Assembly: GCA_963755915.1 (NCBI GenBank)
Contig: CAVWLP010000003.1
Location: 1,461,207 to 1,525,206, forward strand
DNA length: 64,000 nt
Direction of reading: 5' to 3'
DNA from: an uncultured Phycisphaerales bacterium
GTDB lineage: Bacteria > Planctomycetota > Phycisphaerae > Tepidisphaerales > Tepidisphaeraceae
The first letter of the stretch is position 1. Each line of letters begins with the position of its first letter. Made by a program: the position numbers and the translations under genes. The notes beneath the pieces are model-generated. The model had not been told where the DNA came from and ran no database searches. It saw nothing but the letters and a program-made list of their open reading frames with translations. Positions 22,562 through 32,775 of the stretch are shown in pieces.

Positions 22562-23155
22562 ATGTCGTATCGAACAATATTGCTCTTTGGTCCCCCCGGC
22601 AGTGGCAAGGGAACGCAAGGAAAGATTCTCAGTGCCAAGTCGGATTTCTTTCATTGCGCCTGTGGCGATGTGTTCCGCCGGCTCGACCCGAAAAGCCAAA
22701 TTGGAATTGAATTCGCCAGGTATTCCCGCAACGGGTTGCTGGTACCCGATGAACTGACCATAAGACTGTGGCGTGCGTCGATTCAGTCGATGGTCGCATG
22801 CAGACAATATAAACCTGCAGATCAATATCTGCTGCTCGATGGTATCCCGCGGACCTTCGAACAGGCCAAACTCCTGGCCGATGATCTGGATGTGCGCACT
22901 CTCATTTATCTGTATTGCAACGATGTCAATCAGATCGTTGCGCACTTAAGCAATCGAGAAAGTCTTGAGAACCGCATCGATGACGTGGACATCGAGATCG
23001 TCCGGCATCGCATCGACGTTTACGAGGAACAAACCGAGCCCCTGCTGAATCTTTATCCTCTGAACAAAGTCTATCGAGTGAACGCGACACGCGAACGTGA
23101 AACCGTTACGAAGGATATTCTGAAGGCCATCGATGAGGTGCGGCTCGATTGGTGA
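22562..23155 (+). CDS. adk: Adenylate kinase family nucleoside monophosphate kinase (short LID)
   Basis: GPPGSGKGTQ P-loop, GDVFR, GLLVPDE, LDGIPRT and RIDD. Confidence 0.8.
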   Translation: MSYRTILLFGPPGSGKGTQGKILSAKSDFFHCACGDVFRRLDPKSQIGIEFARYSRNGLLVPDELTIRLWRASIQSMVACRQYKPADQYLLLDGIPRTFEQAKLLADDLDVRTLIYLYCNDVNQIVAHLSNRESLENRIDDVDIEIVRHRIDVYEEQTEPLLNLYPLNKVYRVNATRERETVTKDILKAIDEVRLDW

Positions 23156-23172
23156 TTCTTCTTGCTACTCTG

Positions 23173-25128
23173 CTATTTCCGGCACCAGTGGTCCCATACT
23201 TGGCGATAGACCGCCTCGACATTACGGGCAAAACGCCGGGCATCCATCAGGGGAGAGGCCTGCATCCTTCGGCGCATCGTTTGCCGCAATTGACTTAGCC
23301 GCGGCAAGTCGCCGGCCAGGGCAATCGCGATTTGCCAGTACTGCTGCGGCGTGTCGGCGATCAGGTCGGTTAATCCGACATTACTTAGGATGCTCACGCC
23401 ACCGCGGCCAACGGCAGTTCGGCCGGCCAAGGTTACGACCGGAACCCCCATCCATATCGCATCGCACGTTGTGATCCCGCCTCCCCACGGAAAGGTATCC
23501 AATGCGACGTCGATCCGATCGTAAGTGCGAATGTAATGGTCCCACGATTGCCACTTCAAAAATTCCAACCGGTCAGGGGACACGCCCCGTTCGGAAAATC
23601 GCCGGCGTACTGCGTCCAGATGTGTGCCCGGATGGGAATGAATGATCAGCCGCGACTTCTCCACCGCAAACAGGATCTCCGCCCAAAGATCCACTGCCGC
23701 CTTAGACACCTTGCTGAAATTGTTGAGGCAGCCATAGGTGACATATCCGGATGTCAACGCTGGCGGCGGCGAAGGTACCGTAGTTGTACCAGCGACGTTA
23801 TAGCACCAATATGTCTCCGGCAACCGAATTGTGCGCTCGCTGTAACGCGAGAGGTCGGAGTCCGATGAATCGATGAACGGATCAGACAGCCGGTAATCCA
23901 TTGAGATCATGCCGGTGCTTCCGCAATAGCCGAGATAGGTCAGTTGCACCGGGGCAGGTTTGTATGCGAAGGTCAGGAGCCGATTGTTGGCCGAGTGGAC
24001 GGCCAGATCCACGAGAATATCGATGCGGTCTTTTCGAATTAGATCGGCAGCTTCGGAATCGGATATCCCGGCGATATTGCGCCAGCCAGCCGAGCTTTGC
24101 CGGATCGATTCCGTCACCCCATCGACGCGGTTCGCGCACATGTAACAAAGCGGCTCATATTGCTTTCTATCGTGATGGCGCAAAAGCAGCAGCACCTGGT
24201 GCCCAACCACATGGTTTCGAAAGTCCGGCGACACATAGCCAACACGCAACAGACGATTCGGATCCCGATTATTTTCGTGAAGTCGGATGAATTGTTTTAG
24301 GGGTTCGGCATGTCGCTGATTCCAGCGGCGAAGCTCTTCGAACGCCAGGCCTTGATCCGCGATCGGATCAAGAGAGAGTGCAAAGATCAAACCGCTGTGT
24401 GTCTTCGAACAATTTGGCTTGAGTCGTACAGCTTCCCGATAACACGCGATCGCTTCGTCAAGTTCGCCTCGGGCTTTGAGAACATTTGCAAGATGACTGT
24501 GAAGATCTCCGGTGTCTGGCCGAAGACGAATTGCCTGACGGCAGGCGGCGATCGCCTCATCGAGCGCTCCGATTTCCTTAAGGGCGTTGCCAAGATTTCC
24601 AATCGCTTCGGGCAGATCCGGTTGGAATCGGAGGGCTTGGCGATAAGACGCGATGGCCGATTCAATCTCGCCGCGACTCTGCAAAGCAACGCCCAGTCCA
24701 TTATGGGCTTCGGCGGTTTCGGGTCCGAGGCGAATCGCTTCGCGAAACGAGGCGAATGCTTCATCAAGCCGGCCTTTGTCTTTTAAGACGACGCCAAGAT
24801 TGGCGTGGGCCGCGACGAAATCATGATTGATTTGAATAGCTACGCCATAAGCTGCGATTGCCTCATCCAACCGCCCGCTTGCCCTCAACGCATTGCCCAG
24901 ATTGTTGTAATAGTATTCGTTCGTCTTGCAGGCCTGAATCGCACGTTGAATCAGTTCGATTCCGGCATCGGTCCGCCCGGCATGAATCGCGAGTACACCC
25001 AGCAAATGTAATGCATCCGCATGATCGGGTTGCACCGTCAGAATCTGCCTGCAGAGCAACTCCGCAGGTGCCAATCGCTTCGCCTGATAATGTGAAATGG
25101 CGGATTTGAACTGCTCATCAACCGTCAT
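23173..25128 (-). CDS. TPR-repeat O-GlcNAc transferase-like protein (GT41/SPINDLY)
   Basis: About seven TPRs followed by RVGYVSPDFRNHVV, IDILVDL, PAPVQLTYLGY, NNFSK and LDTFPWGGGITTCDAIWMGVPV. Confidence 0.9.
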   Translation of the reverse strand: MTVDEQFKSAISHYQAKRLAPAELLCRQILTVQPDHADALHLLGVLAIHAGRTDAGIELIQRAIQACKTNEYYYNNLGNALRASGRLDEAIAAYGVAIQINHDFVAAHANLGVVLKDKGRLDEAFASFREAIRLGPETAEAHNGLGVALQSRGEIESAIASYRQALRFQPDLPEAIGNLGNALKEIGALDEAIAACRQAIRLRPDTGDLHSHLANVLKARGELDEAIACYREAVRLKPNCSKTHSGLIFALSLDPIADQGLAFEELRRWNQRHAEPLKQFIRLHENNRDPNRLLRVGYVSPDFRNHVVGHQVLLLLRHHDRKQYEPLCYMCANRVDGVTESIRQSSAGWRNIAGISDSEAADLIRKDRIDILVDLAVHSANNRLLTFAYKPAPVQLTYLGYCGSTGMISMDYRLSDPFIDSSDSDLSRYSERTIRLPETYWCYNVAGTTTVPSPPPALTSGYVTYGCLNNFSKVSKAAVDLWAEILFAVEKSRLIIHSHPGTHLDAVRRRFSERGVSPDRLEFLKWQSWDHYIRTYDRIDVALDTFPWGGGITTCDAIWMGVPVVTLAGRTAVGRGGVSILSNVGLTDLIADTPQQYWQIAIALAGDLPRLSQLRQTMRRRMQASPLMDARRFARNVEAVYRQVWDHWCRK

Positions 25129-25174
25129 TTAGCCGAGCATTATAACTTGGCCGACGCTCGGTTGCGTAAAAGCT

Positions 25175-25530
25175 CTACCCATTTCCCGTCGCGCGGGAGG
25201 TGGAGGAGCGGGCGATCAGACGCGGGGTGACCAGCACGCTCATCGTCGGACGCGAATGCGGCTTGTCCAGCTTGTCGATCAGCAAATCCACCGCAGCGAT
25301 GCCTACTTCCCGAAATTGAGGATGGATCGTCGTCAGCGGAACTTCATACTTTTGGCCCATCGCGCTGTCGTCAAACCCCACCACGGAAATATCTCCCGGA
25401 ACCTTCATCCCCATTGACTTGGCGGCGCCGATGATCCGCACCGCCCAGATGTCGTTGAAGCAGACAAATCCGGTCGGATGCTTTGCCGTTTTCAGAACGG
25501 AACGCAACTGGTCCGGATTCCTTTCCTGAC
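25175..25530 (-). repeat. Copy 1 of a 356-bp inverted duplication (3' end of the GntR/LacI gene)
   Basis: The reverse complement matches 61813-62168 with 6 substitutions by manual comparison. Confidence 0.95.
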
Positions 25531-26313
25531 CCTCGGCCTGTTCGATGATCCACTCCGGCGGAACCTTCACGCCGGCCACATCGCACGCATCCCGGAATCC
25601 GCCAAGACGCTCGCGATGACAGGGAACATCGTTGGGGTTCGCGTCATATCCGAAATAGGCGAGCCGGGCATGGCCCTGTTCCAGCAGATGGCTGGTTGCC
25701 AAACGCGTCCCCTCGCGATCATTCACACTCACGAAGTCCTCATCGCAGTCGCGCAGCGCGGTGTCCAGCATGACCACCGCGATATTGTTTTTTCGCAGCT
25801 CTTTATACCCCTCGCCCGAGAATCGCCAGAGGGGGCTGAGCAAAACGCCTCGAACGCCGCTGCGGACGAAAGCCTTGATGTGCTGCAATTCGGCTTCCGC
25901 GGTGATGTTCGAGCCGGTGGTCAGCACGTAGCCGCGTTCCGAGGCCTGAAGCGTCGCCGCCTGCAGCACCGAACCGAAGAACGTCGCCTTCTCCCAGACC
26001 AGCGCTCCGATCAGCGCGGTGCCCGTGTCCCCCAGCGTGGGAGGACGGGTCGGATCAGCCACAAATGTGCCGCGGCCCTGCTGCGCGCGATCAGACGCTC
26101 ATTCTCCAGGATCCCCAGGGCGTGGCGGATCGTCCCCCGGCTGATTCCAAACCGCTCCGCCAGAGAACGTTCGTTGGCCATGCGCTGGCCAATGGCATAT
26201 TTTCCCTCGCGGATTTCCTGGCGCAGGGTCGAAGCCGCCCGCGCCGCCGGCGTGAGGATTTCGTAGGTCGCCAATTCCGCCGACGCCATCGAGCGTCTTT
26301 TGGTTCGCTGCAT
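25175..26313 (-). CDS. GntR-HTH + LacI-type sensor hybrid regulator (AraR-like); frameshift ~26070
   Basis: ERSLAERFGISRGTIRHAL winged HTH in ORF 26011-26346. Periplasmic-binding-protein-like domain (FNDIWA, VPGDISVVGFDD, PLTTI) in ORF 25175-26062. Confidence 0.85.
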
Positions 26314-26433
26314 GGACCGATCTTTAAGGGGCGATCGAGCTATCACGTTTTAATCCAACGAGAATCGATTCATCCACTTGCCATCCACCCGGGTAAAAAT
26401 CCACTGGGTTGAAATCTACAATGCGCCGCCAAG

Positions 26434-26545
26434 TTGTACAACCGGTACAAATAGTCCGAAAAGAGCAACGCTCGAATGTGCCGCAAATTTCGGCACAAGC
26501 ACACATTCCGTTCTGGAATCCCTCCGACTATACGACATTGTACCA
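26434..26545 (-). promoter_or_regulatory. Likely autoregulatory sites: TTGTAC-N5-GTACAA (26434-26450) and TGGTACAATG|TCGTATAGTC (26545-26526)
   Basis: Directly upstream of the GntR/LacI gene; same GTAC/TGGTAC core as the other arrays. Confidence 0.6.
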
Positions 26546-26657
26546 TTCAACCCGGCGGTTGCGATAGGGAAATCTATATTTTTGTGGAGCACGCCGCCGC
26601 CGTGTGCGTTATTTCGCGCGTTGGCGGCTGTAAGGCAACGGCTGAAATGCCGGTAGA

Positions 26658-28259
26658 TCAGGCAAAGGTGAGCGAATATAGGGACGCATCGCGCATGAAG
26701 AACCGCAGCCTCAGGGCGCCGGTATGGGGGATTTTGCTATTGCCGCGCCAACTCAATCTGTGGGAAGTGCCGTCGCCCTGAAAAACATCGAAGCTGTCGC
26801 GAGAAAATCCAGGGAAGACCTGGTCATCTGTGTCGGTGGCTTCGACCCGGATATAACCGCCTCTGCGGCAGCACGCGTTGATCATTACGTTCGGCGATTC
26901 CGTACGTAAGGCGCGGGTAATCAAAATGCCCTCGCGCACAGGGCCGGCGTCAATTGACACAAATCCGTTCAGGCGAAGCGTCGCGAGGCCCAATGCATAT
27001 TCGACATGCTCCATGCTCGTTGCCTCGGGCACATTGAGACCTTCCTTTTCTCCGACAATCCACCAATCGTGATGGTGGCGTGCGCCGCCGTAATAAATAT
27101 ACAGCTCATCACCGACCGGAATCGGCATCGCGCTCATGTTCACCATACAGGAGTCCCACGCGCCAGGTGAAACCGCCAACCACGGCTGGCGGTCAATCCA
27201 CTGCCATTTCCAACCGTCGCGACTGAAAGCCACCCGCACATCGAGGGTATTTGAAACCTCATGGAGCACATGTACGAACCCAACGAATAGCTCTCCTAAT
27301 CGAAATTGCGTCATTCCGTAGAAACTGTCGTCGAGATTATCGAGCAAGGGATCTGGCGCAAGAATACATTGCGGCCGTGTCCAGTGGATCAGGTCAGAGC
27401 TTTCGGACTGGAAAATTCTGCGTCTGTTTTCGCGGGATTCGTCGTGGGGAAAATGAGGCGGGAAGAAACTTCCGGTGCGCGGGCGGCGCGCGTCGTAATG
27501 GACGGTTTCCATTCCGGCGGAGCGGGTCAGCAGCCGATAGACACCACTGTCAATATCGGGAAAAATGGTGTAGCAGTCACCGAGGCCGTTGCCGTGTTGT
27601 CCGAATCGGGGCAGATCCTTGTGAGAAGTCCAGTGGAAACCGTCGGGAGAATGGTGCAACTCGACGCGCACAACGTCGGTCAATCCATCGCGTCCGTCAC
27701 GCGTTCGCATTATTTCATCGCTTAGCTTGTCCGAAAGGACTTGCTGTTCCGGAGCATTTCGGCCAACAACGTATCGATCGAGGAACATTTTGTATCGGCG
27801 CTGAGGATCGTTTTCCAATGGATCTTCGAACACTGCTGTGGATTCCAGCTTGATGACGTCGAGATTTCCGAGGACGACGTTCGTTCGCCGTCCATCCTCA
27901 TTCAAATAATCGAGCTCCGGTTTGTGCCATTGACGGCCGTCGGTGGAATTGGCGATAGAAGTTCGGCCAGGATTGCAATACAAATAGCCGAGGCGCTTCA
28001 CTTCCGCCGTATTCACGCTCCAATCGTCATACCAACACCGGAATTCCGCCGTCTTCGAATCGCGCACGACCGACCAGCCATTGACCGTAAAGTAGGGATT
28101 CTTTTCCCACGGCTTGTCGCGGCGGAGAATTGGTTGCGGCTGTTTTGCCGGCCGGTGTACGGTTCGGTAGATATCCTGGACCTGCTCGATAAGAACATTA
28201 TCGAAAAAGAATTGAGGAACGCTGCCGATATGCAACATTGTTCCGTCCATGTAGTTCAT
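26658..28259 (-). CDS. Uncharacterised beta-propeller protein, paralogue P2
   Basis: 533 aa with QFFFDN, STDGRQWHKP, SSDLIHW, FSRDGWKW, LRLNGFVS and LRFFMRDASLYS. Confidence 0.65.
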   Translation of the reverse strand: MNYMDGTMLHIGSVPQFFFDNVLIEQVQDIYRTVHRPAKQPQPILRRDKPWEKNPYFTVNGWSVVRDSKTAEFRCWYDDWSVNTAEVKRLGYLYCNPGRTSIANSTDGRQWHKPELDYLNEDGRRTNVVLGNLDVIKLESTAVFEDPLENDPQRRYKMFLDRYVVGRNAPEQQVLSDKLSDEIMRTRDGRDGLTDVVRVELHHSPDGFHWTSHKDLPRFGQHGNGLGDCYTIFPDIDSGVYRLLTRSAGMETVHYDARRPRTGSFFPPHFPHDESRENRRRIFQSESSDLIHWTRPQCILAPDPLLDNLDDSFYGMTQFRLGELFVGFVHVLHEVSNTLDVRVAFSRDGWKWQWIDRQPWLAVSPGAWDSCMVNMSAMPIPVGDELYIYYGGARHHHDWWIVGEKEGLNVPEATSMEHVEYALGLATLRLNGFVSIDAGPVREGILITRALRTESPNVMINACCRRGGYIRVEATDTDDQVFPGFSRDSFDVFQGDGTSHRLSWRGNSKIPHTGALRLRFFMRDASLYSLTFA

Positions 28260-28307
28260 GGCAAAACTCCCAGTTCTGGCCAGGTGCGCGGCGCAGAAGA
28301 TTGAAGA

Positions 28308-30914
28308 TCATTTCGCTGTGATCGTGGGGCTATACCATTCGCCGGCTGCCCAGAGGTGCGGAAAACCATCGCATAGAAACTCCAGGACAACGTGTTGTCC
28401 GGCATATGCGGATAAATCGACGTCGAAATTCTGAATTGGATAAGGTCGATTGGCGCCTACAATCAAGGTGCTCGAGACTTCTTTCCCGTTAATTCGAATT
28501 ACGCCACGATTGTCGCCAACGTCGATCACCGATCCAGGAAGCAGTCCATACGAGCCCGTGAGATGAATGGAATTGGAATCCGGCAATCGACCAATGAATA
28601 AACCTGTTGCCGTAACGGCGGTAATAAATGAGTCATCTTTTGGAACGAAGTGGCCATCGCGTTGACGCGGCGACACTTGCCAGTGCAGGTTTACACACTT
28701 GCCGACGAGTGGCACATCGAGCTTACGATAGGCCCAGAGAAGGCTGAATTTGTCGCCTGACGCATTCAAATCGATCCGCGCGGTCTGCGCCGATCGATCT
28801 ACTTGCACCTCCTCGCCGTCCTGGAAGACCGAAAAGTCATCTGGAACGTGCATGGCGACTTCACCATGACCGGTCATCTTGATACGGAAGAATGAACCAT
28901 CGGAACCAACATCGTGGCCAGAATCTTCCCCGGGCCTGATGTCGAGATACGGATCGGTGTACATTGCAAAATCCGCCGGGACGTCCGTGATGTGAAACCA
29001 GTCCTGGGGCAAGCGGATGGATCTGTCGAAGTAGTAGCTCTTAGTCGGATCCAGGCCAATTAAAGTTTGTCCATCGTAGGCAGGCCAGCTTCGCAGCGCG
29101 CCTGGTCCTCCCCATTTCGTGATTCCGAAATATCGGGTGCCGTACCAGGCGGGCTGTTTTCCTGATTGATAGACAACGAGTCCACGGCGGTGCGGCTCAG
29201 TTTCGAAAAACGCGGTGACCCCATTTTTGCCGGTATATGCGGAGAGCCGTCCCGTGCGTAACGGAAACCGGGGCGCTGCGCTGAGGTTATTGTATTCAAA
29301 CGCGCGGGCAATCGGCAGCCACGATTGGCTCCATTTTACGTCCGCAACCGGCATGAAGAATCCCCACTTCTCGTTCGCGTCCATGTATGAAGGCATCATT
29401 GGGGCGGCCATATATCCCTCAGGATAGAATTTAATGAACTTGTGAAAGATGTAGCCACCGAGTCGATGCCCATCATCAAATTCTGAAAAGCAAAAGCTGG
29501 CGTATCTCGAGCACATGGGATTAAATTCCTCCGTCTGTACCGCCATCTGCGGATAAGTGTCTCGGATCTGTTTGACCAAAAGCATGACGCCCTGAATAGC
29601 GGTAGTGCCGTCGATCAAGAATTTGCCCGTCGGTGTATCTGCCTCGTCGAGATGGATGCAATCGACGCCGGAGTCTGCTGCGTCCTTCAGTTGTTGCACC
29701 AGATAATCTCTCCACGGTTTATAAGCCGCCGAGCAATAGATTTGCCTACCGGGAATATTCCAGTATTGCTCCTTGCCGGTGGCATCGTGGCCCGTTACTT
29801 CGAATCCTGGGCGAAAGCGTTCCGCCAACTCGGGAAAGGCATCGGAGTCGATGCCGGTAGTATTGACCCAAATGCCAATATGGAAGCCAAGATTTTTGGC
29901 GTATTTCACCCATTTCTTGGCGGCATCGGAGAGCCGATAATCCGGATAGTCCATGTCCACGGGAAAATTTCGATAGCCGTTGTTTCGAAACAGCGCCGTC
30001 TTTGACGGGTCCAAAACTTTGGCAAGTTTATCGAGGCTGGCATAGTCGCCGCACAACACGTTCGCCTGGACCTGAATATTGCTGATCCACGAGGGCGATT
30101 GCTGATCGAGCGGCACGAATCCGAGGTCATGCTGCATCCAGTCTACATACGGGTCCACGGCGTCTTCCCATTGACCCCGATACGTTCGAAACCGGATTTC
30201 GTACATTTCCATGGTTCGGCTGGGCACCGGCAAGGATCGGACGAAACCAATATTGGCGGTATCGCCAAGACCCTTCGCCATGACGCATGCAGGCCCAACC
30301 TGAAGGTCTCGCCCTTCCACCACCCAGCCCGAATTCTGCCCTTGAAATAAAAAAATGAGCGGCTGGACATATCGTATATTCGGAGCGTCTTTTTTGGGAT
30401 CGCCGCTAAATATTCCGATCCAGGGAGCCGTTGCCTCTTGGCCGACGCCGACATTCGTCACGCCGACGATTTTGTGAGCGCCGATATCACAGCCGAGAAA
30501 TAGCATCCGGAGTTCATCCAGTTCCTTTTGAGATCGAACAGAAGCGTGCAAGATGAGATCACCTTGGCCGGGCTGGATTTCCCAATTCAGATCGAGCTGT
30601 GTTCCATCAGGTGATTCGATCTGGACAGCGACAGAACCATTGGTCTGCTGGCCGGAGATCTTGCATCGAGGAAGATCCAGCACTTCAGAGGTCGAAATCT
30701 GCAGTTCGCCCGCATCGGCGGGATCCATCGATAGAAGCACCTGTCCGGTAACCCGATCCCTCAGCCTCATAAGTGTCCCCGACTGAATCGTCGCTTCGAT
30801 CCGATCGTTTTGTAACACCACGTGAAGAGGTACAATTTGACCGGCGGCAGTGTTTAGCGCCAACGCGGTGAGCAAATAAGACAGCGCCATGTATCGCGAG
30901 CGAATTGGCCTCAT
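28308..30914 (-). CDS. Secreted DUF6259-like putative glycoside hydrolase, paralogue B
   Basis: 868 aa with a signal peptide; GVDCIHLDE, QTEEFNP, GHRLGGYIFH and FDVDLSAYAGQ. Confidence 0.6.
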   Translation of the reverse strand: MRPIRSRYMALSYLLTALALNTAAGQIVPLHVVLQNDRIEATIQSGTLMRLRDRVTGQVLLSMDPADAGELQISTSEVLDLPRCKISGQQTNGSVAVQIESPDGTQLDLNWEIQPGQGDLILHASVRSQKELDELRMLFLGCDIGAHKIVGVTNVGVGQEATAPWIGIFSGDPKKDAPNIRYVQPLIFLFQGQNSGWVVEGRDLQVGPACVMAKGLGDTANIGFVRSLPVPSRTMEMYEIRFRTYRGQWEDAVDPYVDWMQHDLGFVPLDQQSPSWISNIQVQANVLCGDYASLDKLAKVLDPSKTALFRNNGYRNFPVDMDYPDYRLSDAAKKWVKYAKNLGFHIGIWVNTTGIDSDAFPELAERFRPGFEVTGHDATGKEQYWNIPGRQIYCSAAYKPWRDYLVQQLKDAADSGVDCIHLDEADTPTGKFLIDGTTAIQGVMLLVKQIRDTYPQMAVQTEEFNPMCSRYASFCFSEFDDGHRLGGYIFHKFIKFYPEGYMAAPMMPSYMDANEKWGFFMPVADVKWSQSWLPIARAFEYNNLSAAPRFPLRTGRLSAYTGKNGVTAFFETEPHRRGLVVYQSGKQPAWYGTRYFGITKWGGPGALRSWPAYDGQTLIGLDPTKSYYFDRSIRLPQDWFHITDVPADFAMYTDPYLDIRPGEDSGHDVGSDGSFFRIKMTGHGEVAMHVPDDFSVFQDGEEVQVDRSAQTARIDLNASGDKFSLLWAYRKLDVPLVGKCVNLHWQVSPRQRDGHFVPKDDSFITAVTATGLFIGRLPDSNSIHLTGSYGLLPGSVIDVGDNRGVIRINGKEVSSTLIVGANRPYPIQNFDVDLSAYAGQHVVLEFLCDGFPHLWAAGEWYSPTITAK

Positions 30915-30978
30915 TTCATTCTCCCTTTCGACAAAGCGAAAAGCCGGCCGCCTTGCGCGAATGCGAAAATATGCGGCT

Positions 30979-31974
30979 TTACCAGTCCAAGATCACTCCG
31001 AGCACGGATGGATCGTGGCTTTCAATTAATCGCCACGCGTCGGCGGCCCTCGCTACTGGAAAGTGGTGCGTAATCAGAGGCAACGTCTGCAATTCGCCGT
31101 TGCTGATTTTCGCTATCGTGGAATCCATGCGTGGCCGGGTCATTCCCGAGACCGAGTCGAGCGACAATTCCCTATCTCTGAGCGCCTGGAGCGAAATCTG
31201 GTCATCGGTGCCACAGAAGCCCGCCGAAACAATGTGGCCGCCGCGCCTCAGCATTCCGATAAGGGATTGCGTAATTTGCGGCGAGCCTACCGTATCGACA
31301 CCCAGGGCAAGTGCACCATTGGTGAGACTTCGAACCATCGACGGCCAATCAGCTTCAGCCGAATTGACAACGTGACACCCTGTCAGAAGCTTCGCCAACT
31401 CCAAACGCTGTTTGCGCCGGCCTACGACAATCACCGGGCATCGTCGAGCCGCAAGCGTCTGTGCCGTCCACTGGCCCACCTGTCCATCCCCAATGACTAC
31501 GGACCAATCTTCCGGATTGATGGGAGCGCGAGAGCCGCAGTTGTAACCGACCTGCGTTAACACCAGGCCGGCGTATGCCAACGGCTTAGGACTTCGCGGT
31601 AATTTCCAAATCAATTCGCGCGGAGTAACGGACGGCGAGACGTGTCCGCCTTCCGCCTTGAACATATTCGACACCCGCCCGGCGATGCAGAAGACCGTTT
31701 CACCAACCGCTAAGTCCTTAATCTGGCTGCCAACCGATTCAACAATGCCGACCTTCTGATAGCCTGCGACAATGGGAAACGGAGTTGGATCGCCCGGTCG
31801 ATACGCAGTGTCGCCTTCAATTCGCTCTCCGCGTAAGAACGAACCCTCGGTTCCATTGCTGATCCACGAGTGCGTAATTCGAACGACCGCGTCATTGGGA
31901 CCGGGGTCAGGGCATGTGACGCTGCGGAAATCAACGATGTTGCGCTCGGTGAATATGACGGCATTTGCAATCAT
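30979..31974 (-). CDS. MDR/zinc-binding alcohol dehydrogenase family protein
   Basis: SWISNGTE, AGYQKVG, GDGQVG and LITHHFP. Confidence 0.8.
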   Translation of the reverse strand: MIANAVIFTERNIVDFRSVTCPDPGPNDAVVRITHSWISNGTEGSFLRGERIEGDTAYRPGDPTPFPIVAGYQKVGIVESVGSQIKDLAVGETVFCIAGRVSNMFKAEGGHVSPSVTPRELIWKLPRSPKPLAYAGLVLTQVGYNCGSRAPINPEDWSVVIGDGQVGQWTAQTLAARRCPVIVVGRRKQRLELAKLLTGCHVVNSAEADWPSMVRSLTNGALALGVDTVGSPQITQSLIGMLRRGGHIVSAGFCGTDDQISLQALRDRELSLDSVSGMTRPRMDSTIAKISNGELQTLPLITHHFPVARAADAWRLIESHDPSVLGVILDW

Positions 31975-31985
31975 TGCCGTAGCCT

Positions 31986-32765
31986 TTACCGTTTCGGGGC
32001 GGACATGAACCGACGTACTTGTTCTAAATCCTTTTTGGTTTCGGCCTCATCATCGCCAAACGTTTCGACCATAACCCACCCGTCGTATCCGATGGATCGA
32101 ATGGCCTTCATTGCTGATTCCAAATCCAGCCGTCCTTTGCCTAGATGTAGCGACCCGATCTTGTCGGCGGAATCCTTAACATGGAGCGCGACGATCCGCG
32201 AAGCGAGAAGCCTGACTTCCTTGGCCGGATCGAATCCCAGCGCGACCGCATTGCCGAAGTCGTAATATATTCCGAAGGTGTCCGAGTCCAGGCCGTCAAC
32301 CAGCATGGCGAATTCAGCCGCAGGAAGAGGAAGTTCGAGCCCGATGGTGATTCCAAGCTCTCGTGCCAGCGGCTCGACTGCCTTCGAAACCGCTACGAGA
32401 TTCTTCTGTTTTTGCGGGGTATCTGGATTCGACACAATGTATCCGCAGAGCAGCATCACGTCCGCCCCGACCGCACGCGTGAATTTCATCGCGCGATTGA
32501 TGATTTGAATGGCCTTGTCTTTGCCATTTTTCTCGATCAACGACGAATCGTTGTTGAATAGCCCCAAAGCGACCGAGGGTATCTGTACGCCAAGCCGATT
32601 CGCATTCGAGGCAAAGTGGTCAACCTGGTCTGAGGACCAATTCAGGAATTCAGAGGCCTCATCGCCGATGAATGGTTCCACGCCGGCAACTTTGAACTTC
32701 GCGGCGGCTTCGACAAAATTCTTGCCGTCCGCGCTGGCCGCATATTGAGTAAGTCCCAGTTTCAC
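31986..32765 (-). CDS. Sugar phosphate isomerase/epimerase (xylose-isomerase-like TIM barrel)
   Basis: IGLE, YYDFGN, LHVKD and GYDGWVMVE metal-ligand pattern. Confidence 0.85.
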   Translation of the reverse strand: MKLGLTQYAASADGKNFVEAAAKFKVAGVEPFIGDEASEFLNWSSDQVDHFASNANRLGVQIPSVALGLFNNDSSLIEKNGKDKAIQIINRAMKFTRAVGADVMLLCGYIVSNPDTPQKQKNLVAVSKAVEPLARELGITIGLELPLPAAEFAMLVDGLDSDTFGIYYDFGNAVALGFDPAKEVRLLASRIVALHVKDSADKIGSLHLGKGRLDLESAMKAIRSIGYDGWVMVETFGDDEAETKKDLEQVRRFMSAPKR

Positions 32766-32775
32766 AAACGATTCC

